In this document: positions 8,875 through 18,029 of the stretch, one piece after another
How positions within the stretch are numbered: the stretch's first letter is position 1
Layout: each line of letters opens with the position of its first letter
Notes under the pieces: generated by a model
Told to the model about the DNA's origin: nothing
What the model saw: only the letters and a program-made list of their open reading frames with translations
Database searches by the model: none
IMG/VR virus record: IMGVR_UViG_3300012952_000056
Coordinates: 1 to 34,991 of that record
Strand: one strand, 5' to 3'
Source: a virus
Taxonomy: Duplodnaviria; Caudoviricetes
Length of the DNA: 34,991 nt
Position numbers and translations under genes: made by a program

Positions 8875-8950
8875 TGGTGGAGCTGAACGGGTTCGAACCG
8901 ATGACCTTCTGGTTGCAAACCAGATGCTCTCCCTACTGAGCTACAGCCCC
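8875..8950 (-). tRNA. tRNA-Ala (UGC), CCA encoded
   Basis: GGGGCTGTAGCTCAGTAGGGAGAGCATCTGGTTTGCAACCAGAAGGTCATCGGTTCGAACCCGTTCAGCTCCACCA; G3:U70, A73, TTCGAA T-loop, 76 nt. Confidence 0.95.
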
Positions 8951-8964
8951 TTATTAGATTCTTT

Positions 8965-9276
8965 TCAAACATCAATTTTTTCTGCAATAAAATCTTCTAA
9001 TATATTCACAGTAGATAATGGTATTCTTTTTGTTACAATGGGATCTTTACCGTTATGTATAACACAACCAACTTCCATTAAAGTATATAATCCATTATCT
9101 GTAGGGCCAAAATTACCAACCATATGATCTTTTAAACCGTTTACTAATTTTTTTTGATTTTCAAAATAAAAAGATTTACATTCTACTTGGTTGGAGAATT
9201 GCACAGTTTCTGTTATTCTCCAGGCTACATTATTTTCTGGGTGAAACATAAACATTGCATATAATACCCAATACAT
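8965..9276 (-). CDS. Hypothetical protein (hydrophobic N-terminus, F-x5-C...C)
   Basis: Coupled to regA stop (TAATG overlap); two Cys. Confidence 0.75.
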   Translation of the reverse strand: MYWVLYAMFMFHPENNVAWRITETVQFSNQVECKSFYFENQKKLVNGLKDHMVGNFGPTDNGLYTLMEVGCVIHNGKDPIVTKRIPLSTVNILEDFIAEKIDV

Positions 9277-9689
9277 TAATTATTTCCTATATTATATTTG
9301 GGACATAATTCCCATTGTTCTTTTTCCTTAAATGGTATTATTTTAATTTGTCTCATAGGAGCTAGTGGTTTAATACTTTCTTTATTTTCTAATGTAATTA
9401 AACCCCAATCACTTATAAGAGTAGCTATAGTATTTCTACGTGCTAAATCATTTTCTTCAAGATTAGATTTTTTTCCATCCAGTAAGAACAATTCTTTAAA
9501 ATGCACAATAAAATAACGTCCTTGTTTATGTAATATATGGCATGATTGGAATAATTTTTTCTCTTTACGAGATGCTACTCCCATTCTTGTAAGTGTTTCA
9601 CGAACCTTAAGAAAATCATCAGGCTCGTTTAAAGTAACCTCAAGCATTGAGCTAGGTGTCCACTCTATTATATTATTATTTTTTTCCAC
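9276..9689 (-). CDS. regA: Translational repressor RegA
   Basis: PDDFLKVRETLTRMG...LFQSCHILHKQGRYFIVHFKELF...WELCPKYNIG. Confidence 0.97.
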   Translation of the reverse strand: MEKNNNIIEWTPSSMLEVTLNEPDDFLKVRETLTRMGVASRKEKKLFQSCHILHKQGRYFIVHFKELFLLDGKKSNLEENDLARRNTIATLISDWGLITLENKESIKPLAPMRQIKIIPFKEKEQWELCPKYNIGNN

Positions 9690-10053
9690 CTTTATAAACC
9701 TTCTTTCTTATTTCATTTAATTGATCTGGGGAAAGTAGTTTATGCGCGGAGCGTGCCTTTTCGTTGCTATAGCCATAATACTCTTTAATTATATCCAAAT
9801 CATCTACGGTTTCTGGTTTATTCCATTTAGAAAACCGTTTTTTCTTCCTAATTATATTTATAAGAAAGTCAAATTGTAGACGACTGTCTAGGTGGTGATT
9901 TTTATTCATTTCATTTGCAAATATAACCGTATCTCTAAAATAAGATAAACCTCTATTTACCATAAAAGAATTATATTGTTTTTCTATTATATCATCAATC
10001 ATAATATCTTTTTTACCATAATTGATTTCATTTAAAAAAGTAAAAGGTGTCAT
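9676..10053 (-). CDS. 62: Clamp loader small subunit (gp62)
   Basis: YNSFMVNRGLS...ANEMN...QFDFL...IKEYYGYS.EKA; directly upstream of regA. Confidence 0.92.
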   Translation of the reverse strand: MTPFTFLNEINYGKKDIMIDDIIEKQYNSFMVNRGLSYFRDTVIFANEMNKNHHLDSRLQFDFLINIIRKKKRFSKWNKPETVDDLDIIKEYYGYSNEKARSAHKLLSPDQLNEIRKKVYKGGKK

Positions 10054-10058
10054 AATAT

Positions 10059-10087
10059 ATTATACCATATTTTCATTAATTTGTAAA
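10059..10087 (-). promoter_or_regulatory. Sigma70-like promoter (leaderless to gp62)
   Basis: GTTTACA-N17-TATAAT-ATATT-ATG. Confidence 0.8.
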
Positions 10088-10092
10088 CATAT

Positions 10093-11160
10093 TTATTCAT
10101 AAACTCTATTATGTGTATCACTGCATCGAACGAATGTTGTACATTTAGGAATATTTTTTAAATTTCTGGCACCTATATATGTGCACGTAGATCTTAAACT
10201 ACCTAATAAATCTTGTATAGTGGGTTCAATAGGACCTTTATATTTTATTGTTACTTGTTTACCTTCTGATGCTCTATAATCTTTTAATCCACCAAAATGC
10301 TTATCATTAGCTTCTTTACTGCTCATTCCATAAAATGTGACTTCACCTGTCTCTGAATTTGCACCACCTTCATCATGTCCGGCTAACATTCCTCCCAACA
10401 TAACGAAGTCCGCTCCACCTCCCAAGGCTTTAGCGACACAACCTGGAGTTGTACAGCCACCATCAGCAATAATATGAGCACCAAGGCCATGAGCAGCGTC
10501 TGCACATTCAATAACGGCCGAGAGCTGCGGGTAACCGACTCCAGTTTGTATACGAGTAGTACAAACAGAACCAGGGCCGATACCACATTTAACAATATCT
10601 GCACCATTAAGAATTAACTCCGAAGTCATATCCCCAGTAACTACATTACCAGCTACTATTATCAATTCTGGGTGATTTAATCTAATTTGATATATAAAAT
10701 TACTAAACATTTCAGTATAGCCATTAGCTACATCGACACATAAGTATTTAACCTTACCTTCAGTTAATTCATAAACTTTATGAAATTTTTGCATATCTTC
10801 TTCTGTAGCACCAATAGACATCATAGTATAATTTTGTATTGCATCTAATTGTTGTTGAGATTTTACAAGACCACCTTTTGCAGGATCAAAATATTCAACT
10901 AATTCATTTACTGAATAAGTTTTAACAAGGCAAGTCATGATACCATAAGTTCTTAATTTATCAGCCATGGCAAAAGTTCCAACTCCGTCCATATTAGAAG
11001 CTATAATAGGTATCCCATAAAAACCTAAAAACTTTGCTCCTACATTTCTAAATGACATACTTCTAAATAAATCAACTTCTTTGCGACTTTTTAAAGTAGA
11101 TCTTTTTGGTTTAAAAAGAACATCTTTATAATCTAATTTTATTTCATTTTCTATCAGCAT
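10093..11160 (-). CDS. guaC: GMP reductase (E. coli-type)
   Basis: [58 protein letters not shown]. Confidence 0.95.
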   Translation of the reverse strand: MLIENEIKLDYKDVLFKPKRSTLKSRKEVDLFRSMSFRNVGAKFLGFYGIPIIASNMDGVGTFAMADKLRTYGIMTCLVKTYSVNELVEYFDPAKGGLVKSQQQLDAIQNYTMMSIGATEEDMQKFHKVYELTEGKVKYLCVDVANGYTEMFSNFIYQIRLNHPELIIVAGNVVTGDMTSELILNGADIVKCGIGPGSVCTTRIQTGVGYPQLSAVIECADAAHGLGAHIIADGGCTTPGCVAKALGGGADFVMLGGMLAGHDEGGANSETGEVTFYGMSSKEANDKHFGGLKDYRASEGKQVTIKYKGPIEPTIQDLLGSLRSTCTYIGARNLKNIPKCTTFVRCSDTHNRVYE

Positions 11161-11341
11161 TTTTGATTTCTTTCTTTATACAAACATATGCTTGTTGTTG
11201 TTCTATAGTTAAAAGAGTTGTTCTGGCATTAACTGCGAGCTCGCATCTTGGTTTAAAGTTAAATGAATCTACTTGTTGAGCACTATATTGATCATGACCT
11301 ATAGCTGAAACTAATACTAAAAAATAAACTATTTTGGTCAT
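11144..11341 (-). CDS. Small putatively exported protein (F-x5-C...C)
   Basis: Signal-like N-terminus, two Cys, overlaps both neighbours. Confidence 0.7.
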   Translation of the reverse strand: MTKIVYFLVLVSAIGHDQYSAQQVDSFNFKPRCELAVNARTTLLTIEQQQAYVCIKKEIKNADRK

Positions 11342-11913
11342 TATATTCCTGGTAACGTAAATAATGCTTTACATGAATTAAGAGTGGCATTAGGACCTCT
11401 TTTAAAGACAACCCATCTTAATCCAACTCCTGCCAGCCAACCCGGATAATTTTCTTTTATATATTCTTTAAAACTAGATCCTGTTGTCCATACATCATCA
11501 CATATTAATATTTTATCTTCTTTATTTCCAGTAGCATATTTATTTAAAGCTTTTGCTAATGGTAACCCTCCTCGAGGAATTCCTTCAGCACGATAAAAAG
11601 GTTCTTCTTCATAACATAAAATCATTTGTGCTATAGCATCCCAATCTTCTTCATTAAATGCATCACATTCTATTTTAAATGGTAATTGTTTACCTGCATG
11701 AGAAGTAAATTCTTCAACTTTAAATAATCTAGTAGGTTTACCATAACCCATAGCATTTTTATTCCACGGATCTTTGAATGCACTTTGATCATGCCTTGGA
11801 TCCATTTGTTGTTTTATGTGTTCTGTTATTTTTACTCTTGAATCATGAGGAGCTCCAAAATCTCTTTCATATACTGTTTCTCCTTTATCAGGGCTTTCGT
11901 ATATTTTAGACAT
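11341..11913 (-). CDS. Type I phosphoribosyltransferase (PyrE-like) with an extra N-terminal module
   Basis: FTSHAG, GIPRGG, ILICDDVWTTGSS PRPP-binding loop. Confidence 0.8.
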   Translation of the reverse strand: MSKIYESPDKGETVYERDFGAPHDSRVKITEHIKQQMDPRHDQSAFKDPWNKNAMGYGKPTRLFKVEEFTSHAGKQLPFKIECDAFNEEDWDAIAQMILCYEEEPFYRAEGIPRGGLPLAKALNKYATGNKEDKILICDDVWTTGSSFKEYIKENYPGWLAGVGLRWVVFKRGPNATLNSCKALFTLPGI

Positions 11914-12842
11914 TATTTAAACTCCACATTAGCCATAACTTCAGTTAAACAAGCAACCACATTTAATTCATGATCGGCCACAAACGCATGTTTATATTGA
12001 TAATCAGCTAATATTAAGATAAGTTGCGGTAATGATTCTGGTTTTAAATTTTCTAAAGCATTATCATAAACACCTCTAAATATAGCAGATGCATCAGTAT
12101 CTATATTATTAGATACCCATTGTCGCATATTTTTAAAATCTTTATTTTTTAAGTGAGTAAATAATTCAGTAAAAGAATTAGATTTAATAGGTACTTCTAA
12201 TATACTTCCGCCAGCTGCATATCTTTGTAACTCATTTAAAATTCGTCTCCAATCAGGAGCAAATTTCATAATAATATCGGCTATTACCTTTGTATCATGA
12301 TGGATACCTTCATCTTCTAGAATTTTTCTGGCACGATTTAAGAATTGTGCACAAAGTCCAGCCAAATCTTTTTTGGAAGTATTAAATTCATATACACCAC
12401 ATCTTGAATGTAATGGTTCAATAATCCTATTTTTAAAATTACAAGTAAGAATAAATCTACAATTATTTGAAAATTCTTCTATAAATCCACGAAGTGCTGG
12501 TTGGGTAGATTGAGGGTTTAAATAATCAGCCTCATCTAATATAACAACTTTAACACCACCTTGTAGAGATACCGAAGAAGCAAACTGTTTTATTTTTCCA
12601 CGCAATGTGTCAATATTACCTTCTTCAGATCCATTAATAATAATCCAATCCAAATTAAGTTGATCGCACATAGCTCGAGCTACAGTAGTTTTACCAGTAC
12701 CAGCTGTACCAGTAAATAGCATATTAGGCAATTCACCTGAATTAACAATTTCTTGAAAAACCTTTTTAAGATTTTCAGGTAAAATTGTGTCGGCTATATT
12801 TTTAGGTCGATATTTTTCAACCCACAAGAATTCATTAGACAT
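11913..12842 (-). CDS. 44: Clamp loader large subunit (gp44)
   Basis: WVEKYRP, GTAGTGKTT, ILDEADYL, PLHSRC. Confidence 0.97.
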   Translation of the reverse strand: MSNEFLWVEKYRPKNIADTILPENLKKVFQEIVNSGELPNMLFTGTAGTGKTTVARAMCDQLNLDWIIINGSEEGNIDTLRGKIKQFASSVSLQGGVKVVILDEADYLNPQSTQPALRGFIEEFSNNCRFILTCNFKNRIIEPLHSRCGVYEFNTSKKDLAGLCAQFLNRARKILEDEGIHHDTKVIADIIMKFAPDWRRILNELQRYAAGGSILEVPIKSNSFTELFTHLKNKDFKNMRQWVSNNIDTDASAIFRGVYDNALENLKPESLPQLILILADYQYKHAFVADHELNVVACLTEVMANVEFK

Positions 12843-12859
12843 ATTGTCTCCATAATATA

Positions 12860-12888
12860 ATTATATAACATATTCACTAAAAAGTAAA
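12860..12888 (-). promoter_or_regulatory. Sigma70-like promoter for gp44
   Basis: TTTACT-N17-TATAAT; short leader with GGAG. Confidence 0.7.
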
Positions 12889-12891
12889 TAA

Positions 12892-13131
12892 TTATTTTTC
12901 AGCTTTCATTGCGGCTTCTTGCTCAATATTCTCTACGATTTGTATAACTTGAATACATTGATCACGAAGAGTTCCTATTGTAGTTAATTCTTCGCCTTTA
13001 AAAGCACCTCTTTGACACATAGCATCTATTACAGCAACCATGCTTCTTGAGGATTTATTAGCTAAGTCTTGTAATTGACCATAAGCTGTATCCAAATGAG
13101 ATTTTTCTTCTTTTTTATTTTCTTCTGCCAT
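12892..13131 (-). CDS. Conserved hypothetical protein
   Basis: ORF 12892..13143; likely start MAEENK at 13131 after GGAG; IDAMCQRGAFKGEEL motif. Confidence 0.75.
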   Translation of the reverse strand: MAEENKKEEKSHLDTAYGQLQDLANKSSRSMVAVIDAMCQRGAFKGEELTTIGTLRDQCIQVIQIVENIEQEAAMKAEK

Positions 13132-13132
13132 A

Positions 13133-13810
13133 TTAAACTCCAAACGTTGATGACTTTTCCATTGCTATCCAGTATTTCAAGTTAATTTTTGAATTACTAA
13201 ATTGTGATATTAATTTAGATGATATTTCCACTTCATAATCATCTGGTATTATTTTTAAGTTACTTATATTTAGTATAAAGTTAAATTTACTATCTTGCGC
13301 ATATTCACCATCTACGTCTATAGAAAATGCGTGAGAAGTTTTATTTTGGCTATCAATAACCGAAATTTTTATTATATTATTACTATTAGAAATAGACACT
13401 TCATTATGTCCTAAAGTAGAAGCTGCTCTTTTAATTTTATCTAAAACTAAAGCATCTAGTTTAAATTTTACTTCCGCATCAGGCATAGTAATATCTTTTG
13501 ACGGGGTTGTCAAAGTATCTTCAGACGAATAAAAATATTTTATTTTTGATCTACCACTGGAATCTCCAATAGTCACAAAATCATCTTCAAAGTTTAAATT
13601 TGGTTTATCAACTAAACCAAGCACCCCAATAAATTCATTTAAATCATAAATTCCAAAAGTTTTTGGGAATTCGTCTCCTACATTAGCAGTAGCTAAAACA
13701 TTTCTAGCTTCACTAATGGTCTTAAGAACACTACCATTATTAATCAGAATATTTTGATTAATGTCTGAAAAGTTCCTAAGAATATTTAATGTATTTTCAC
13801 TTAGTTCCAT
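13133..13810 (-). CDS. 45: Sliding clamp (gp45)
   Basis: MELSENTLNILRNFSDIN, FGIYDLNEF, YWIAME. Confidence 0.96.
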   Translation of the reverse strand: MELSENTLNILRNFSDINQNILINNGSVLKTISEARNVLATANVGDEFPKTFGIYDLNEFIGVLGLVDKPNLNFEDDFVTIGDSSGRSKIKYFYSSEDTLTTPSKDITMPDAEVKFKLDALVLDKIKRAASTLGHNEVSISNSNNIIKISVIDSQNKTSHAFSIDVDGEYAQDSKFNFILNISNLKIIPDDYEVEISSKLISQFSNSKINLKYWIAMEKSSTFGV

Positions 13811-13839
13811 TATATCCTCACATTTAAATTATTAGTTAT

Positions 13840-13868
13840 ATTATAACACATTATCATTAATTTGTAAA
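13840..13868 (-). promoter_or_regulatory. Sigma70-like promoter for gp45
   Basis: GTTTACA-N17-TATAAT. Confidence 0.8.
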
Positions 13869-13873
13869 CCCTT

Positions 13874-15583
13874 TTATGCTATTTTACTAAAATTTTTTAT
13901 TTTTGTAAATTCTATTTTATCATCAAATTTATTATCTAATATTTCACCTTTATGTGATATCACAAATACATTAGTCTCGTCTGGTAAAGTAGTTAGAATT
14001 TTTAATAAATTTTCTACTCCATCATGATCTAAACTTGAATCAAAAGTTTCATCTAAAATTAATAAATTAGTAGCCACCGAATTTTTCATTTTGGCTATTT
14101 GTCTCCAAGTAAATAATAAAGATAAATCTATTCTTTGTTTTTCACCTTCGGAAAAAGAATCATAAGTAAACTCATCTCTGTGTCGTGATCTTATAGTTTC
14201 TTGGAATCCTTCATCTAAATCAAAGTGTACATAAAAATCTAATACTTGAAGATATTGATTAACCAAAGTATTCATTACCGGTAAATATTGTTTTATTATT
14301 TTAGTTTTAATACCAGTATCTTTTAACATTTCTGTTATAGCTAAATTATATTGATATTGTTCATTGGCCACTAATTTTTCATCATTAATATCAGCTATAT
14401 CTTTATTAAGATTTACTAATTTATTTTCTGCTTCAGTTAAATCTGCCGTAACATCATTTGCTAAAAAGTCTTGAAAACCTTTTATATTATTTTGTAAAGT
14501 TGATATTTCTTTATTATTATTTCCTATGGTATTAGATTTTTCTCTAACAGCTTCTATTGATTTATTCCATTCATCTATATTATCAGATATAGATTTTGCC
14601 TCATCGGTAATTAATTCCAGTCTTTCTTGTAAAGTTTTTGCTTCTATTTTAGCTTCAGATAAAACTGATTCTTTAATTTCTTTAGTTATTTCTTGCCGGC
14701 ATGTTGGGCAATCATTTGTTGTTTCAAAGAATTTAGCTGTTTTACCTATAGCTCTCATTTGAGTAGTTACTTCAGAACCAGCTACCATGTTTAAATTTTT
14801 CTGATCGTGATATTCTTTTAAATGTTTTTCACATTTAACTTGCTCATCATTTAAACCATCAGATAATTTAATATTCTCATTCTGTAATATATTAATTTTT
14901 TCTTCAGAATGTTTAATATTATTTTCATAGGTTTTTTTATTTTCAGCAGTTAAAACTTGAATATCTTTTATATATTTTTTATGTGTTTCTATTTTATTTT
15001 TAGCTATTTCTATTTTATAATTAAATTCTTTTATTTCATCTTTTAATAAAGAAGTTTGTTCTCTTAATATCATATTCATTTTACTAAAAACGTTAATATC
15101 CAAAAGATCCTCAATAACATCTCGTCTGTGACCAGTCGATAGTTGCATGAAAGGGATAAATGAGGAGGAACCCAAAACAACTACCTGATGAAAACTTTTA
15201 TGTGTAAGTTTTAAGATATTTTGCTCGAGGATCTTTTGGTATTCTTTGGCATGAGATGACTGATTAATCATTGTCCCATTCTTCCAAATTTCAAATATGT
15301 TTGGTTTAATACCTCGGATAATTTTATATAAAGATTTATTTAAATAAAATTCTACTTCTACCAAACAACCTTTACCATTTATAGAATTTATTAATTGATA
15401 TTTTCCTATATTTCTGTGTGATTTACCAAACAATGCAAATGATATGGCATCTAACAATGTAGATTTGCCGCAGCCATTTGGACCAACAATCAATGTTGAT
15501 TTATTTTTATTTAAGTTTATCTCAATAAAATTGTTACCAGTGGAAAGAAAATTTTTCCACCTAACTTTTTCAAATATTATCAT
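13874..15583 (-). CDS. 46: Rad50-like recombination ATPase (gp46)
   Basis: GPNGCGKST Walker A, CPTC hook, FSEGEK signature, LILDE, VISH. Confidence 0.97.
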   Translation of the reverse strand: MIIFEKVRWKNFLSTGNNFIEINLNKNKSTLIVGPNGCGKSTLLDAISFALFGKSHRNIGKYQLINSINGKGCLVEVEFYLNKSLYKIIRGIKPNIFEIWKNGTMINQSSHAKEYQKILEQNILKLTHKSFHQVVVLGSSSFIPFMQLSTGHRRDVIEDLLDINVFSKMNMILREQTSLLKDEIKEFNYKIEIAKNKIETHKKYIKDIQVLTAENKKTYENNIKHSEEKINILQNENIKLSDGLNDEQVKCEKHLKEYHDQKNLNMVAGSEVTTQMRAIGKTAKFFETTNDCPTCRQEITKEIKESVLSEAKIEAKTLQERLELITDEAKSISDNIDEWNKSIEAVREKSNTIGNNNKEISTLQNNIKGFQDFLANDVTADLTEAENKLVNLNKDIADINDEKLVANEQYQYNLAITEMLKDTGIKTKIIKQYLPVMNTLVNQYLQVLDFYVHFDLDEGFQETIRSRHRDEFTYDSFSEGEKQRIDLSLLFTWRQIAKMKNSVATNLLILDETFDSSLDHDGVENLLKILTTLPDETNVFVISHKGEILDNKFDDKIEFTKIKNFSKIA

Positions 15584-15768
15584 AATTTAACGGCCAGTAT
15601 AATTAGTATTCCAATGAGAAGGAAATTGGTTATTATCATTTGAATGCACAAAATTAAATGATACCAAACCCATCTGTGTTTATATAATGTATGTATATTA
15701 ACTTTAGTGTCTATTTCTTCGGTATCACCAGATTCTTTTTTAATACCGAATAATGTTAACCAATCCAT
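15580..15768 (-). CDS. Small membrane protein
   Basis: C-terminal hydrophobic segment; coupled to both gp47 and gp46. Confidence 0.7.
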   Translation of the reverse strand: MDWLTLFGIKKESGDTEEIDTKVNIHTLYKHRWVWYHLILCIQMIITNFLLIGILIILAVKL

Positions 15769-16829
15769 TATGCTATCTCTAATGCTTGTGCTTGAGTCAT
15801 TAAATCTCGCATTTGTATTTTAATTTTATCTTTATTCAAATCTGTATCAACAGCATCTATATAATCGTCCATAAGTTTTGGAGTATCGTCAACTTCTAAA
15901 CCTTCATCAGCTATATTATTACCTATAAATTCACTAAAATTTTCAGCTATTTTTAACTCGTAAATATCTTGAGCTTGAATCCTGTCTATAAATCTATCAA
16001 ATAAGAAACTATCACCTTTATTAACTACTACCACTTTCACAAATCTTTTATCCAATTGTGAAACGTCATAAGTATTATAACACATTTTTGTGTCATTGTA
16101 AACAATTTTATGAAATAAAGTATAAGGATTTATTATTTTATCTACTTCTCTTGTTTCAGTATCTAATATATGGAAACCTTTGGGGTCATGAGCATCTGAC
16201 CAAAAGAATTCCATTTGTGAACCTAAATACCAAATATTATCTTGTTTAGAACCACAATGAAAATGTCCAGTCAAAACCATCTCAAATTTCTCAAATAGTT
16301 TTCTATCCATTCCTTGGGTACTTTTTATACCTCTTAACATTTCAAAACCATGTACATCTAAATGAGCACCCAACCAATCAGCTTTACACTCTTTTATAAA
16401 TTTCATTGATGTATCATAATTTTCTTGATTAATCCACGGTAATAAAGCTATATCTAAAGAGCCATATTTCATTACTGTAGGTTCCATTATAATATGAATT
16501 TCGTTCATATAATGGCCAAGACATTCTTTTAAAGAATTTAAATCGTTTGTATTTTTAAAATATGTGTCGTGATTACCTGGAATAATATCCATAGTCATAC
16601 CACGTTCTCTTAACTCATTTAAAAAATGTTTTCTATTATGGTTAAGTGCTTTAAAATTAACAAACTTACGATTATCATAAAAATCACCAAGATGTAAAAT
16701 TTGTTTTATACCCTGTTTTTCACATTCAGGAAAAAATATGTTATTATAAAAATCTGCTGCATTGTCTAAAAATATTTGTGACGAGTTTCTGATACCACAA
16801 TGTGTATCATTTAATATAGCTATTTTCAA
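15768..16829 (-). CDS. 47: Mre11-like recombination nuclease (gp47)
   Basis: DTH, LGDFYD, PGNHD, GHFH, YLGS. Confidence 0.96.
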   Translation of the reverse strand: MKIAILNDTHCGIRNSSQIFLDNAADFYNNIFFPECEKQGIKQILHLGDFYDNRKFVNFKALNHNRKHFLNELRERGMTMDIIPGNHDTYFKNTNDLNSLKECLGHYMNEIHIIMEPTVMKYGSLDIALLPWINQENYDTSMKFIKECKADWLGAHLDVHGFEMLRGIKSTQGMDRKLFEKFEMVLTGHFHCGSKQDNIWYLGSQMEFFWSDAHDPKGFHILDTETREVDKIINPYTLFHKIVYNDTKMCYNTYDVSQLDKRFVKVVVVNKGDSFLFDRFIDRIQAQDIYELKIAENFSEFIGNNIADEGLEVDDTPKLMDDYIDAVDTDLNKDKIKIQMRDLMTQAQALEIA

Positions 16830-17404
16830 TTCATAAATCCACTTAAATCAGAATCAGCATGTACTGTTCTTTTCTTTTTTATTTTCTTAGCAAAAGTCTT
16901 TATTTGTGTATCTGTGTGCTTAACTTTTTCTATTCTTTCTTTTAATGAGTCAACAAAAGCACCAACAACATGTTTACTCTCACCTTCCGTAGTTACTATA
17001 AATTCTTCTATACCTGAAGAAGTCAGATATTTTAATTTTATTTCTTGCTGTTTTTTCTCTTTAGCTATTCGTCTAAGGAATGCGTACCAAGTTATTTGTG
17101 TAAAATATGCAAATGCGTTGGGTTTTCCTGTTCTAGTAGCCGCTTGCAAATCATAATTACCTATTGCTTTAAGACAATTTTCAACAGCGTCCATAACCAT
17201 TTCTTCTCTATAAGTATATCTAATAAAATTAGCTTTATGTGATAACCCTTCTGCTATTCTTAAAAAGCATTGAGCTACATAATTAGGTACTTTTGGAACT
17301 TCTTTTTCTTCTTGTTTAGCTTTATCAGCTATTGTAACATAATCTACTACAGCTTGAGAAAATTCTGCATTATTAACATAATGTATACTTTTCTTTCTTG
17401 CCAT
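16826..17404 (-). CDS. 55: Late-transcription sigma factor (gp55)
   Basis: HYVNN, IAEGLS, NFIRYTYREEM, NAFAYFTQI..YAFLRRI.KEKKQ. Confidence 0.96.
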   Translation of the reverse strand: MARKKSIHYVNNAEFSQAVVDYVTIADKAKQEEKEVPKVPNYVAQCFLRIAEGLSHKANFIRYTYREEMVMDAVENCLKAIGNYDLQAATRTGKPNAFAYFTQITWYAFLRRIAKEKKQQEIKLKYLTSSGIEEFIVTTEGESKHVVGAFVDSLKERIEKVKHTDTQIKTFAKKIKKKRTVHADSDLSGFMN

Positions 17405-17427
17405 GATCTACTCCATTTTATATTAGT

Positions 17428-17456
17428 ATTATAATACATATTTCGCTATATGTAAA
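17428..17456 (-). promoter_or_regulatory. Sigma70-like promoter for gp55-47-46
   Basis: TTTACA-N17-TATAAT. Confidence 0.8.
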
Positions 17457-17501
17457 TAATTATTTTTTTAATTAATTTCAAAAATCTTTTTATTTTGGGG
17501 G

Positions 17502-17530
17502 TTTACAGCCATTGGTTTTTATGATATAAT
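17502..17530 (+). promoter_or_regulatory. Divergent plus-strand promoter with no long ORF downstream
   Basis: GTTTACA-N17-TATAAT with TG extension, same consensus as the minus-strand promoters. Confidence 0.7.
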
Positions 17531-17561
17531 AAATTAAGATAATTTGGGGGAAAGGGATATA

Positions 17562-18029
17562 CTAATGAAAAGTTTTAGGTTTAAATGGTATCACATTATC
17601 ACTTTTATCACTATCGCTCATACTTAATATTTTTTTCATTTCCTTATCTAAATATTTGTGTAATTCTTCATCAGTTAAACCGTCAAATTCATCTAAATCT
17701 ATAGGTTCCACATTTTCTTTATTTTTCAAATAATCTTTATATTTTTTTAAACATTTAACATACATGCCCAATAATTCGTTTGAGGGTGACACCTCGCCGA
17801 CTATATGATTAGAACATAAAGTTAATAATATTGATGCATCATCTTGAAAAGACATCCATGGTTGAAAACTAAAAAGTCTTAATCCACTTTTTATACTTAC
17901 CGATTCCACTAATCTCATAGCACTACGGATAATTATAGATGGATTTTCTTCATCGTCCCATTGAATAACTTCACAAATTATTTCATCGCCAGTATTCAAT
18001 TTAAATTGTCTTATATTATCTTTACTCAT
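17562..18029 (-). CDS. Conserved T4-like hypothetical protein (uvsW-gp55 interval)
   Basis: FKLNTGDEIICEV...FQPWM; overlaps the uvsW stop. Confidence 0.8.
   Translation of the reverse strand: MSKDNIRQFKLNTGDEIICEVIQWDDEENPSIIIRSAMRLVESVSIKSGLRLFSFQPWMSFQDDASILLTLCSNHIVGEVSPSNELLGMYVKCLKKYKDYLKNKENVEPIDLDEFDGLTDEELHKYLDKEMKKILSMSDSDKSDNVIPFKPKTFH

Noticed and set aside
8875-8950. tRNA as a prophage attachment site
   Set aside because: No integrase or duplicated tRNA 3' end; context is a lytic T4-like core.
10093-11160. IMP dehydrogenase or 7-deazaguanine/2-aminoadenine pathway gene
   Set aside because: Motifs (SNMD, VANGY, YRASEGK, no CBS domains) fit GMP reductase; no queCDE/folE/dpdA/purZ in the window.
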